This document shows, piece after piece, positions 28,331 through 37,839 of a DNA stretch of 64,000 nt. The stretch is from Nibricoccus sp. Its GTDB lineage: Bacteria; Verrucomicrobiota; Verrucomicrobiia; Opitutales; Opitutaceae. The number at the start of each line of letters is the position of its first letter. The first letter of the stretch is position 1. Position numbers and translations under genes: made by a program. The DNA is taken from contig JASGHG010000001.1 in the NCBI GenBank assembly GCA_047602425.1, forward strand, positions 1,504,001-1,568,000. Reading direction: 5' to 3'. The notes under the pieces are model-generated. The model saw only the letters and a program-made list of their open reading frames with translations, did no database searches and was not told where the DNA came from.

Positions 28331-29803
28331 TTACGCCCCTGGCCTGAGCTGCGGGAAAAGGATCACGTCGCGGATGCTTTCGGCGCCGGTCAGCAGGATG
28401 CAGAGACGGTCGATGCCCACGCCCATGCCACCGGCGGGCGGCATGCCGTGTTCGAGCGCGCGGAGAAAATCCTCGTCGATGTTCTGCTTTTCCTCGCCGG
28501 CCTGCGCTTCGAACATCTGGCGCTGCACGAACGGGTCGTTCTGCTCCGAGTAGGCCGGGGCGACTTCCATGCCGCCGATCGTCAGCTCGAAAACGTCGAT
28601 CGTGGTCGGATCGTCGATCGTGATTTTGGCCAGCGGGCAAAGTTCCTTCGGCAGGTGCGTGACAAACGTCGGTTGGATCAGCGTGGGCTCGATTTTCTTG
28701 GAGAAAATTTCGTTGGTGATTTCGAATTCCTCCCACGCCGGATTGACTCCGCAGCCGAGTTTTTCGGCGCCAGCGATCTTCTCGGCCTTGCTGCGCTCGA
28801 ACCAGTTGGCATCGCCAGTGACTTCACGGATGAGGTCCTTGTACTTCACTTCGCGCCATTCGCCGGCGAAGTCGATCATCTGGCCGCTCGCGGGATGGAC
28901 AATCTTGGTGGTGCCGAGGATTTCCGTGCAGATCGAGGTGAGCAGGTCCTTGATGAGCGCCATCATGCCGCGGAAATCGCTGTAGGCCTGATAGACCTCC
29001 ATCATGGTGAACTCGGGATTGTGGCGACGCGAAATGCCTTCGTTGCGGAAGTTGCGGCCAATTTCGAACACGCGGTCAAAGCCGCCAACGAGCATGCGCT
29101 TGAGGTAAAGTTCGAGGGAGATGCGCAGGAAGAAATCGACGCCAAGCGCGTTGTGGTGGGTATTGAATGGTTTGGCTGCGGCGCCGCCGGCGATGTTTTG
29201 CAGCACAGGTGTCTCGACCTCGATGAACTTGCGCTTTTCGAGGAAGGAGCGGATGTGCGAGATGATGCGCGAGCGGAGCTGCAGGCGCTTGCGTGACTCT
29301 TCGTTGACGATCACGTCGAGGTAGCGCTGGCGGTAAACCTGCTCGGGATCGGTCAGGCCGTGCCATTTTTCGGGGAGCGGATGCAGCGCCTTCGAGACAA
29401 GTGTGAAGGCGTCGACGCGAATGGTGATTTCGCCGGTCTTGGTTTTGAAAAGCGTGCCGGTGACACCGATGATGTCGCCCAGATCGAGCATCTTTTTGAA
29501 AACGCCGTAGCGTTCTTCGCCGAGGACGTCTTTGCGGAAATAGAGCTGGATCTGGCCCTGTTGATCCTGGATTTTCACGAACGAGCTGCCACCCTGCACG
29601 CGGAAGGTGACGAGGCGTCCTGCGCAGGAAACCGTCACGGCGTAATCCTGGCCGTCGACATAAAGCGCTTTGGTGTCGGCCGAGAAATGCGTCGTGTTCA
29701 CGTTGGCCCGGAACGGGTCCTGGCCCGCGGCGCGCAAGTCTTGCAGCTTCTTGAGCCGCACGGCGTACTGGTCGTGGGAAATATCGGTCGGATTGTCGCT
29801 CAT
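28331..29803 (-). CDS. lysS: Lysine--tRNA ligase (class II)
   Basis: YRQRYLD, GGAAAKPF, FRNEGISRRHNPEFT, GMGVGIDR. Confidence 0.98.
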   Translation of the reverse strand: MSDNPTDISHDQYAVRLKKLQDLRAAGQDPFRANVNTTHFSADTKALYVDGQDYAVTVSCAGRLVTFRVQGGSSFVKIQDQQGQIQLYFRKDVLGEERYGVFKKMLDLGDIIGVTGTLFKTKTGEITIRVDAFTLVSKALHPLPEKWHGLTDPEQVYRQRYLDVIVNEESRKRLQLRSRIISHIRSFLEKRKFIEVETPVLQNIAGGAAAKPFNTHHNALGVDFFLRISLELYLKRMLVGGFDRVFEIGRNFRNEGISRRHNPEFTMMEVYQAYSDFRGMMALIKDLLTSICTEILGTTKIVHPASGQMIDFAGEWREVKYKDLIREVTGDANWFERSKAEKIAGAEKLGCGVNPAWEEFEITNEIFSKKIEPTLIQPTFVTHLPKELCPLAKITIDDPTTIDVFELTIGGMEVAPAYSEQNDPFVQRQMFEAQAGEEKQNIDEDFLRALEHGMPPAGGMGVGIDRLCILLTGAESIRDVILFPQLRPGA

Positions 29804-29862
29804 GATTGGAACCGGTTACCGTGACAACCCGGCGATTGGGGAGCAATGGGAAAACTCAGGCT

Positions 29863-30339
29863 TCAAGCTAAGCAATCGTATATGTAGATGACTCCCTTAT
29901 CCTCCGACCAACGATACCCACCAAGCTCGCAGATATGATCGAGCAATTCCCGGAGAGTACAATTATCCATTTCAAACGCAGAAATGTCGCGGGTACCTGT
30001 GTACTTCAATTGTACCCCAAGATTGGAGATCTCCGGTATTGCCAGAAAGAAGTCAGATGCAGGGCCCGTATCGTGAGAATATGACAGTCTACGGTCCAAC
30101 GACTTCAGATCAAAAATGGTCAGAAAAGTCATTTTAAAGAGCGCTGAATGCTCAATCTCATGTCGATACGAAGTACCTGATAAAAGTTCGCCAATCGCGT
30201 CGTCTAAGTTTCTGGACCTGAGCTTAGCAGTAATCGTGTGCCCTTGAATATCGGCCCCAACTTTTGTTGCTCCGTAAAATGAGCAGACCGTTTCCAACGC
30301 CCTGTCCAATGGTTCATCAACAAAACTAAAGCGTTCCAT
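29863..30339 (-). CDS. Hypothetical AT-richer protein with two STN-like segments; possibly 5'-truncated
   Basis: NLDDAIGELLSGTSYRH and TLRELLDHICELGGYRW; in-frame TAA two codons before the ATG. Confidence 0.5.
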   Translation of the reverse strand: MERFSFVDEPLDRALETVCSFYGATKVGADIQGHTITAKLRSRNLDDAIGELLSGTSYRHEIEHSALFKMTFLTIFDLKSLDRRLSYSHDTGPASDFFLAIPEISNLGVQLKYTGTRDISAFEMDNCTLRELLDHICELGGYRWSEDKGVIYIYDCLA

Positions 30340-30374
30340 CTGTTAGCCGAGCGCAGTCATCCTAGGAGCGTTTT

Positions 30375-30938
30375 TCACACCTTCGGCTTCGCCAGCATCT
30401 TTTCCGCCCGCTCGACGATGCCTTCGACGGGCCAGAGACGGCCAATGCCTTCGTAACCGCAGGCGAGCATGCCTTCCTCGGGGCCGATGAATTCAACTCC
30501 CCTCCCTTGCAGCGTGGACACGTTGGCCACGGTCGCTGGGTGAAGCCACATTTTGCCGTTCATCGCCGGGGCGATCAGAATCGGCGCGCGGCAAACGAGG
30601 TGCAATGAACTCAAAAAATCCGGCGCCAGCCCATGAGCGAATTGCGCGATGACGTCCGCTGTCGCGGGCGCGACGAGCAACAAATCGGCTCTGTCCGCCA
30701 GATCGACGTGACCCGGCTGCCAGCCACCTTGGCCTTCGCTCCACTGATCCGCCGCAACCGGCTGGCGGGCGAGTGTTTGAAGCGTGAGCGGCGTGATGAA
30801 TTTTTGCGCCGCAGCCGTCATCACAGGGAAAACCTCCGCGCCGCGTTTGCGCAGCTGGCTGACGAGATCGGCGGCTTTGTAGGCCGCGATCGAACCGGTC
30901 ACACCGAGGACGATTTTCTTTCCGGAGAGGGAGGACAT
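30375..30938 (-). CDS. coaC: Phosphopantothenoylcysteine decarboxylase (stand-alone CoaC domain)
   Basis: GVTGSIAAYK, HVDLA, APATAD, APAMN, LACGYEGIGRL. Confidence 0.92.
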   Translation of the reverse strand: MSSLSGKKIVLGVTGSIAAYKAADLVSQLRKRGAEVFPVMTAAAQKFITPLTLQTLARQPVAADQWSEGQGGWQPGHVDLADRADLLLVAPATADVIAQFAHGLAPDFLSSLHLVCRAPILIAPAMNGKMWLHPATVANVSTLQGRGVEFIGPEEGMLACGYEGIGRLWPVEGIVERAEKMLAKPKV

Positions 30939-31019
30939 GTCGGGAACTAACCAATTCCCCCGCCCGCTCGCAAGCGTTGAAAGCGGAGAGAGTAAACCCA
31001 CCAGCTGCAGAAAGCCCTG

Positions 31020-31085
31020 GGTGCAACGACTTGACTCAAGACGCGTCCGTTCCGATCCGGCGCATTGAGGTCAATGCGCTCCATC
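31020..31085. repeat. REP doublet, GGTGGAGCGC-type (left copy decayed)
   Basis: GCGCATTGAGGTCAATGCGCTCCATC at 31060-31085 matches the copies at 41705 and 53869. Confidence 0.7.
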
Positions 31086-31106
31086 TCAGCAGGCGCGCCC
31101 TGACGG

Positions 31107-31421
31107 TCAGTCCAGATGAAATACTTCCTTCAGCCCATGCGACACCGGGCTGTTATCCGGGTTGCTCGGCATGATGTCGCCCATGTACTTCCACCAGCGC
31201 TGGCAGATGGGCGTCTGCGCAACCGCGGCCCAGCGTTCCTCGGACTCGATTTCGACGTAACCGAAAAGTTGATACGTCGTAGGATCGAAGAAGATCGAAT
31301 AATTGTGCGAACCATGCGCCCGCAATACTTCGGCCAGTTCGTCCCAAATGGGACGGTGGCGGCGCTCATACTCGATTTCTTGTCCACGGTTGACCGACAT
31401 GACGAAGGCTTTGCGAATCAT
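31107..31421 (-). CDS. rhaM: L-rhamnose mutarotase
   Basis: [40 protein letters not shown]. Confidence 0.93.
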   Translation of the reverse strand: MIRKAFVMSVNRGQEIEYERRHRPIWDELAEVLRAHGSHNYSIFFDPTTYQLFGYVEIESEERWAAVAQTPICQRWWKYMGDIMPSNPDNSPVSHGLKEVFHLD

Positions 31422-31521
31422 AAGATAAGGGTAAGGGTTGCGGCGAAGCTCGTTGATTTTTTCACCGGTTGCACGCCGATTCAAAACGGACCGTCAAATC
31501 GACGTCGCGCCGCAACACGCT

Positions 31522-33615
31522 TCAACCCGCCGCCCAGCGCAATAAAAGGCAGAAAGCCGCGATCATACCGCCCGATAGCACGCAGCAGGCCGCAAAACCC
31601 ACAAGATCCACGCGATTCCAACGCGTAAATTCCCACGAAGAATTCGGCCCTAGCAGTTTCTGGGCGTCAAAGCGGTGCGGTTCAGCCCGGGTGGCTTCCA
31701 TCGCCCGTGTGTCCTGGTCGGTGGTTTCGCCCACCGGGGTTTTCATTTTGCCAAAAAACAGCGCGGTGTCCTCCGGCTTCCGCGCATGCGTCACGAGGCT
31801 AACCATGATCAATATCACAAAAGGAAAGGCCACGTCCCAAAGAAATTGCGCCGCCAAGCGCCCACTCGAACCGAACCGTTCCACATCGACCCCGAGTTTC
31901 GAGAGCAGGAAAACCTCGATATTGAGGCGTCCCCGGCCTTCGAGCGGACTGGCCAGATCACCCGGCACCGAATGCGCCACGGCGTCGAAATACACCGGCG
32001 CCTTCCCGCCGCCAGCCTCCGACGCCATTCGAAGAAGCTCGGGACGCTGACGCACCGCCGCGACGTTGGGCAGCGTTAGCGGCAGCACGAGGTTCAACGT
32101 TATCGAACCAATCAAGGCCACCCAAACGGCCTTCGCCGTCAGCCGTCGCCAGAACAGCATCAACATGATCGCGGCTCCGAACGGCACGTTGACCATGATC
32201 ACGAGCCGCACAACCGCTTCCATCCCGCTCATTTGTCCGGCACAAAATGCACCGAGAACCAACACCGCCACAATGGTCCAACGCGCGAGCCGCACCCGCT
32301 CCGCTTCATCCATCGTCGGCCACATTGGCCGGCAAAAATTTTGCACGAACAGCGAGGCCGTGGCCATCGCCTTGGCCGAGACGTTCGACATCACGCCCGC
32401 CACCAGCCCCACGAGCATCAAACCCATCAGGCCCGGCCCGAGCAGTTGCCGCGCCATCGTGCCCCAAGCCGCATCGGAAAACGGCAGCGCGCCTTCACCG
32501 GAAAACAGCGCCACCGCGATTAGGCCCGTCAGCGTCCACAGCATCACCATCACCCGCTTCGCGTAAAAGCCCGCCACGCCGACCCGAGCAGCGAATTCCG
32601 TACGCGCCGAGCCCATGATGTTCATGTTCGAACTCAACGCATTCACCTGCACGACGCTCGCCAGCGTGATCGCGAAAATCGTCCAGCCGGTGAATTGCAC
32701 CGCGCCCTTTCCGCCGAAGAGATTGAACATTTCCCTAGGCACACGTTTGCCCAACTCACCCCAACCGCCAACTGCATGCAGCCCCACCGGAATCAGCACC
32801 ACGGAAAACGCCACAATCAGCAAGCTTTGTGCGGCTTCGTTGAGCGCCGCCGCCTTGAGTCCGCCCAGCACCATGTAGGCCGCTACCGCAACCACAAAAC
32901 TGAGGTAAAAAACCGGCTTTGCCAGGCCGCCTTTAAGCAGCGACACTCCGCTGTCGATGCGTCCTGCCGCCCGCATGTCGCGCAATACCGCCAGCCGGTC
33001 CTGCGCCGCCTGGCCGAGCGCACCCGTGCTGGCTGCATGTTCCAACCGGCTCCATTCCTGATAATTGGCGACCGACGTCTGTTCTTCCGCCGTCCATGCC
33101 GCTGCGGGTTTGGTCACAATTGTCGCGGTGATGGTATAGGCCGTAAAGCATCCAAAACCAATGGTCAGCACCGTCACGCCCACTTGAAACAGGGCATAAA
33201 ATTGCGCCAGCGGCCGGCTTCCGAAACGCTCCACAAACATGTCCGCCACCGTCAGGACCCGCGCCCGCCGAAACCACACGTTCATAAACCAATAATACGG
33301 GTTCATGAAGACCGTTTGAAACGAGTACCAGACGCCCGACGCTCCGCGTTCGTAGACGAAACTCGCGGTGGACACTGCGCCCTGCGGCTCCGTGGCGTTC
33401 CCAAAATTAAAAAAAATCTGGTACCATTTTCCCAGTTTGCGCCCGGCCAGATAATACCCCTCCTCCGTCCGGTTGGCCGACGCCGCACGCCAACCCAACC
33501 CGAGGACGAGCAACAAATAAGCAGCGAGGATGATGTAATCGAGCGGATGCAAGGTTTGAGCTGAAAGGATACCGACCGGCAGGGAAAAAGCCTGAAACCA
33601 GGCCAAACGCAACAA
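31522..33615 (-). CDS. Sodium:solute symporter family protein
   Basis: YYLAGRKLG, many TM helices, LGGLKAAALNE; TTG start uncertain. Confidence 0.88.
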   Translation of the reverse strand: MLRLAWFQAFSLPVGILSAQTLHPLDYIILAAYLLLVLGLGWRAASANRTEEGYYLAGRKLGKWYQIFFNFGNATEPQGAVSTASFVYERGASGVWYSFQTVFMNPYYWFMNVWFRRARVLTVADMFVERFGSRPLAQFYALFQVGVTVLTIGFGCFTAYTITATIVTKPAAAWTAEEQTSVANYQEWSRLEHAASTGALGQAAQDRLAVLRDMRAAGRIDSGVSLLKGGLAKPVFYLSFVVAVAAYMVLGGLKAAALNEAAQSLLIVAFSVVLIPVGLHAVGGWGELGKRVPREMFNLFGGKGAVQFTGWTIFAITLASVVQVNALSSNMNIMGSARTEFAARVGVAGFYAKRVMVMLWTLTGLIAVALFSGEGALPFSDAAWGTMARQLLGPGLMGLMLVGLVAGVMSNVSAKAMATASLFVQNFCRPMWPTMDEAERVRLARWTIVAVLVLGAFCAGQMSGMEAVVRLVIMVNVPFGAAIMLMLFWRRLTAKAVWVALIGSITLNLVLPLTLPNVAAVRQRPELLRMASEAGGGKAPVYFDAVAHSVPGDLASPLEGRGRLNIEVFLLSKLGVDVERFGSSGRLAAQFLWDVAFPFVILIMVSLVTHARKPEDTALFFGKMKTPVGETTDQDTRAMEATRAEPHRFDAQKLLGPNSSWEFTRWNRVDLVGFAACCVLSGGMIAAFCLLLRWAAG

Positions 33616-33714
33616 TTCGCCGTAACGCGGGCCAGGCGAAAGCCGTCACAACCTCCGCCTCCTTCCACAAACCCACATCACCCCCGGTGAATCCCTCATC
33701 GACTCCCCATAAAT

Positions 33715-33729
33715 GGGTACGTGTTACCC
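33715..33729. promoter_or_regulatory. Candidate operator palindrome between the divergent SSS and LacI genes
   Basis: GGGTA-CGTGT-TACCC, overlapping CCCATAAATGGG (33706-33717). Confidence 0.35.
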
Positions 33730-33786
33730 CGTCTTGGCACTTGCCACGATGCCCGTTCGGGAAAACAGTCTGACAGTAAGAGCTCC

Positions 33787-34854
33787 ATGCCGTCCTCCCC
33801 CTCACTGCGCGAACTCGCCCGCACCCTTGGCTTGTCCCATACCACTGTTTCGGAAGCCCTCCGCGACAACCCGCGCGTGCGTGAAGAAACGAAGGTCAAA
33901 GTGCTCAAAGCCGCCGAAGCCGCCGGCTATCGCCGCAATCCTCTCGCCGGTGCGCTCATGTCGGAAATCCGCCGCTCACGCTCGGGCACATTCCGCGGCG
34001 TCATCGCCATCCTCGATTCCGACGGCATTTCCAAGCAGGCTCCCAACACTTCGCGTTATCATCGCGAAATGATTCAGGGCGCCACCGAACGCGCCAAGGA
34101 ACTCGGCTTCATGGCAGAGATTTTCGTTGGCCAGCGCTCCATCTCCGCCTCGCGCCTCGACTCGATTCTGCAATCGCGCGGTATTCGCGGGGTGCTGCTG
34201 CTGCCGGTTTCCGACGACCCCGACTTTTCCCATCTCGATTGGTCCCACTACGCCGGCGTCTATGCCGATTACATCATCGAGCGGCCCCGTCTGCACGCGA
34301 TCTGCACCGACCACTACCGAGCGCTCATCAGCGCGCTCAATCATCTTCGCACGCTCGGCTATCGCCGCCCCGGTCTCGTCCTCCAACAGCACAACGACGA
34401 ACGACTGCTCAACCGCTGGGAAGCCGCGTTTCAGGCCTATCTGGATCATCACACCGACCTGAACCATCTGCCACCGCTTATTTTGCCTGAAATCAACCGC
34501 GAAAAATTCGTCTCGTGGTTCAAAAAACAACAACCCGACGTCGTCCTTTGTCACCGCGCGGAAGCCGTTGGCTGGATGCAGGAATGCGGCGCCGAGATCC
34601 CCCGCACCCACGGTTTCTGCTGTCTGAATGTGATGACAAACAGCATTCCCTGCAGCGGCCTCGATCTCCAGCCCAAGCTGCTCGGCGCGCGCGGCGTGGA
34701 ACTCGTCATCGCCCAAATTTTCCGCAACGAATACGGCATTCCGGAAATTCCCTCGACCACCACGATCCCCGCCCGCTGGATCGACGGTCCTACCTTGCCG
34801 GATATTGCAAGCGCTGCAGCAAAAGCTCCCGCCCTCCTTCCCCTTCACGCCTGA
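33787..34854 (+). CDS. LacI family transcriptional regulator
   Basis: HTH SLRELARTLGLSHTTVSEALR, hinge GYRRNPLA, PBP-like C-terminus. Confidence 0.92.
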   Translation: MPSSPSLRELARTLGLSHTTVSEALRDNPRVREETKVKVLKAAEAAGYRRNPLAGALMSEIRRSRSGTFRGVIAILDSDGISKQAPNTSRYHREMIQGATERAKELGFMAEIFVGQRSISASRLDSILQSRGIRGVLLLPVSDDPDFSHLDWSHYAGVYADYIIERPRLHAICTDHYRALISALNHLRTLGYRRPGLVLQQHNDERLLNRWEAAFQAYLDHHTDLNHLPPLILPEINREKFVSWFKKQQPDVVLCHRAEAVGWMQECGAEIPRTHGFCCLNVMTNSIPCSGLDLQPKLLGARGVELVIAQIFRNEYGIPEIPSTTTIPARWIDGPTLPDIASAAAKAPALLPLHA

Positions 34855-34982
34855 ATTGCGTTGCCGCAATCGTCTCGTTCTGGTTGGCGAAGACGGATGG
34901 CTGAAAAGTGACGATACCACTCAACGCCCTTTCGTCAGTTGCGTCTGACGCGGGTCGATTCCCAGGTCGATCGTTGACGTTT

Positions 34983-35017
34983 AAAAAACAAGCCGGCCGC
35001 CTTTGCAAGCGGCCGGC
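34983..35017 (-). terminator. Intrinsic terminator after the pectinesterase gene
   Basis: GCCGGCCGC / GCGGCCGGC stem followed by TTGTTTTTT on the minus strand. Confidence 0.7.
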
Positions 35018-35043
35018 GCCGTGGCCTGCTTTAGAGCTGGCTG

Positions 35044-35913
35044 TTAGTTTGGATTCCAGCCACCCAGAACGTTGCTCTTGGTGTAGGCCGCGGCTTGCGT
35101 GGCCGTGAGGCGCTTCACCCACGAAGCGCGGCTCGACGGACAAGGGTACTCGGCGAAACGACAGGTTGCGGAATTATTCGTGCCGCTCCACTCGATATAG
35201 CCAACCGGGGCGATCACGTTTCCGATCGTGCAATTGATGAATGCCAGCTGGCCATAGGCCCCCCAGGGCCGGCCCAGGTAGGATGAACCGCTTGTGGCCG
35301 TGCCGCCCGTTGCGATTGTGCAGCCGGAAAATACGATGCCGTAGTTCTGGCTCGAAGCCGTAGCTGGGGCGCCCAGCGTGGCGCCGTTTCCGCGGATTTG
35401 CCGAACCGTTGAATTAGTAACAAAAATCCGCCCGTGGCCGTAAACGAAGTCAACCGTCCCCCGGATTTCGCTGCCCGTCACATAGATCGAGGAACTCGCG
35501 CCTTTGGCGTACAGCGTGTCCTGGCGTCCCAGCAAATAGGTGGAACGCACGGCGCAGCGCGCGGCAGTGACAATGAGCACCTGACTGGTGTTGTTGTCGC
35601 CCGTGTAGCTATTGCGGACCGTGATGTTCTTGATGGTGACGTCGGCAGCATTCACGGTGAGCGTGACTTGGTTCTGGCCTGCAGTTAGGATCGTGCCGGT
35701 GTTGCTGGCGCCGGCGATGGTGATTCCGCTCTTGGCGCTCGGCACCGTGAACGGGCCGGTGTAGGTGCCATTCGCGATGGAGATGGTGTCGCCGACCGCC
35801 GCGGCGTTGATGGCGGCCTGCACGGTGGAGTATTGCGAGGGAACGCTGCGGGTTGCGGCAAAAGCAGACGGCAGAAGAGCCGCTGCGAACAGGAATGCTG
35901 TTACAGTTTTCAT
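35044..35913 (-). CDS. Secreted pectin methylesterase (CE8)
   Basis: Signal peptide; TVQAAINAA, GRQDTLY, GTVDFVYG, YLGRPW. Confidence 0.9.
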   Translation of the reverse strand: MKTVTAFLFAAALLPSAFAATRSVPSQYSTVQAAINAAAVGDTISIANGTYTGPFTVPSAKSGITIAGASNTGTILTAGQNQVTLTVNAADVTIKNITVRNSYTGDNNTSQVLIVTAARCAVRSTYLLGRQDTLYAKGASSSIYVTGSEIRGTVDFVYGHGRIFVTNSTVRQIRGNGATLGAPATASSQNYGIVFSGCTIATGGTATSGSSYLGRPWGAYGQLAFINCTIGNVIAPVGYIEWSGTNNSATCRFAEYPCPSSRASWVKRLTATQAAAYTKSNVLGGWNPN

Positions 35914-36136
35914 GTTGGGGTATGCGTACGTTATTTCTCCGGCGAAGGGGTAATGCGCACTCGCACCGCTGAGTTTCACCTCAACAGCCCGAAGAATAGA
36001 GCGAGTGGTCGTCCGGCAGCGCAGCCGCGCCCTCCCGACGAGTCAACGTACGGAGTTGATGACAAATTGACGACAGCCCCAGAAATTCGCCCCGAAAGCT
36101 AGCGCTGCCGTCTCCCGCGAAAAAAGCCTCGTGCAC

Positions 36137-36212
36137 TGGCGCCCCCGCCCGGACTTGAACCGGGATGCGCGGTTTAGGAAACCGCTGCTCTATCCAGTTG
36201 AGCTACGGGGAC
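36137..36212 (-). tRNA. tRNA-Arg (CCT)
   Basis: GTCCCCG/CGGGGGC acceptor stem, D-arm AGCTCAACTGGATAGAGC, anticodon arm GCGGT-TTCCTAA-ACCGC, T-loop GTTCAAG, encoded CCA. Confidence 0.96.
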
Positions 36213-36315
36213 AAATTATCGCCCTTCAGGTTGAAAAACGTGTGCGCTCCGTCAATCCACATGTCTTGCTTCGGCAGTTTGCGCAGGGCGATCCGGATGC
36301 AGGCGCGACAAAAAC

Positions 36316-36348
36316 AAAAAACCTCCGGTCGATAGCCGGAGGTTAAAA
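36316..36348 (-). terminator. Intrinsic terminator after the ferredoxin gene
   Basis: AACCTCCGG-N7-CCGGAGGTT with a T-run on the minus strand. Confidence 0.7.
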
Positions 36349-36373
36349 TTAAAAGACGTAAAGCGGGTTTTGC

Positions 36374-36607
36374 TTATTCGCCGTCGTTGCCAATGGCTTC
36401 GACCGGGCAGCCTTCCATCGCCTCGGTGCAGAGTGCGATTTCCTCGTCGGTCGTAGGCTGCTTTTGCACAAAAGAATAGCCACCTTCGTCATTGCGAGCA
36501 AAGAAAGCCGGCGCCGTCTCGCGGCAGAGGTCGCAGTCGATGCACTGTTGATCGGTGTAGAATTTTCCGGGAACATTCGGTTCCCATTTGTCTGCTTTGT
36601 TGGCCAT
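36374..36607 (-). CDS. Ferredoxin (single-cluster type)
   Basis: CIDCDLC and distal CPVEAI. Confidence 0.92.
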   Translation of the reverse strand: MANKADKWEPNVPGKFYTDQQCIDCDLCRETAPAFFARNDEGGYSFVQKQPTTDEEIALCTEAMEGCPVEAIGNDGE

Positions 36608-36753
36608 GGTGCGGTTACAAAAGAGTAATCGCGCTGATAGTGTCAAGTAGGAGCACCACTCTTGAGTGGAAAACCCCAACACGTTTTGACGCGCGTCAAT
36701 ATCAGCGGCTCACGGCTTGTATTTGCCGGGGCAGGTTCCTAGGTTGCGGCGAC

Positions 36754-37656
36754 ATGCTCGAAGACCGGCCATATATGCGTGATGACTACCCGCGACGCGG
36801 GCGTACAGCTTTGATGTGGTTGATGTCTGCGGTGACGGCAGGGTTCATTTTGGTGGCGGTTTTCGAACGGATGTTCGACTCGGATACTTTCACGCAATGG
36901 TTTCAACTCAGTTTCTCCAGCGTACGCCAGGGATATGCCTGGCAGTTGTTTACCTATCCCTTTGTCCATCCGCTGGAGGGCGCGTTGTCGGTGCTTCAAG
37001 TCGCGCTCAACCTTCTGTGTCTGTATTTTCTCGGGCGCGAAATGGAAACGTTGCTTGGTTGGCGGCGGTTTTTGATTTTGTACTTCGGCGCGGTCCTGCT
37101 CGCAGCGGGTTGCTGGCTCGCGGTCAATTTCAACCACGGTGGCGAGCTCGCCGGCACGTGGCCCGCGATCCTCGCCTGCCTCACCATGTACGCGTTGCTC
37201 TATCCCGATCAGGAAATGAGCGTGTTGATCCTTTTTATCCCTGTTACGCTCCGCCCCAAGTACATTGCGTGGGGCCTGCTTATGATCAACCTGCTCGCTT
37301 TCGCCTTTTGGGAGCTTCGTGGACAATCGCTTCCCGTGCACTACGCTCCTTCCGCTCATCTGGGCGGCATGCTGGCGGGCGCGTTGTATTTTTTCCTCGT
37401 TCACCGCCGCGAATGGCGTAACCCCGACGGACGCACCGTGATCGAGCTTCCGCGCTGGATGCGTAAGGCCCGCAAAAACCCCGCCGTCGTCCCGGGTAAA
37501 TACAAGGTCAATCTCACCACCCCGCCCCAGGAAAACCTCAAAAGCGAAGTCGACCGCATCCTTGATAAAATCAATAGCCACGGCTTTTCCTCGCTCACTT
37601 CCGAAGAAAAAAGCCTGCTGGATACTGCACGCAACCAGTTGGGCCGCAATAGCTAA
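36754..37656 (+). CDS. Rhomboid-family membrane protein; catalytic Ser motif apparently absent
   Basis: WQLFTYPFVH, GREME..LG, SAHLGG, C-terminal EVDRILDKI; TM4 reads AGTWP rather than GxS. Confidence 0.85.
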   Translation: MLEDRPYMRDDYPRRGRTALMWLMSAVTAGFILVAVFERMFDSDTFTQWFQLSFSSVRQGYAWQLFTYPFVHPLEGALSVLQVALNLLCLYFLGREMETLLGWRRFLILYFGAVLLAAGCWLAVNFNHGGELAGTWPAILACLTMYALLYPDQEMSVLILFIPVTLRPKYIAWGLLMINLLAFAFWELRGQSLPVHYAPSAHLGGMLAGALYFFLVHRREWRNPDGRTVIELPRWMRKARKNPAVVPGKYKVNLTTPPQENLKSEVDRILDKINSHGFSSLTSEEKSLLDTARNQLGRNS

Positions 37657-37839
37657 TTTCTCCTTGTGTCCCCGGCGTAAGGTCGAAGGGTTCGTCCAAG
37701 GCTGCGCCGCATGAAAACCTTGCTTAGTATTCCGCCCCACACGCCGAATACTAGATAACCGGCGGCGCTTTTACTCATTCTCATTCGCCAACCGACCCTT
37801 GTTTTGAAACATTTTCCACGCACACTTTTCACACCAAAG

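Noticed and set aside
36058..36066. GATGACAAA as another copy of the 21-bp palindrome
   Set aside because: Half-site only, with no matching TGTCAT arm
31107..36212. Genomic island integrated at tRNA-Arg
   Set aside because: No integrase, no duplicated tRNA 3' end found, and composition resembles the host
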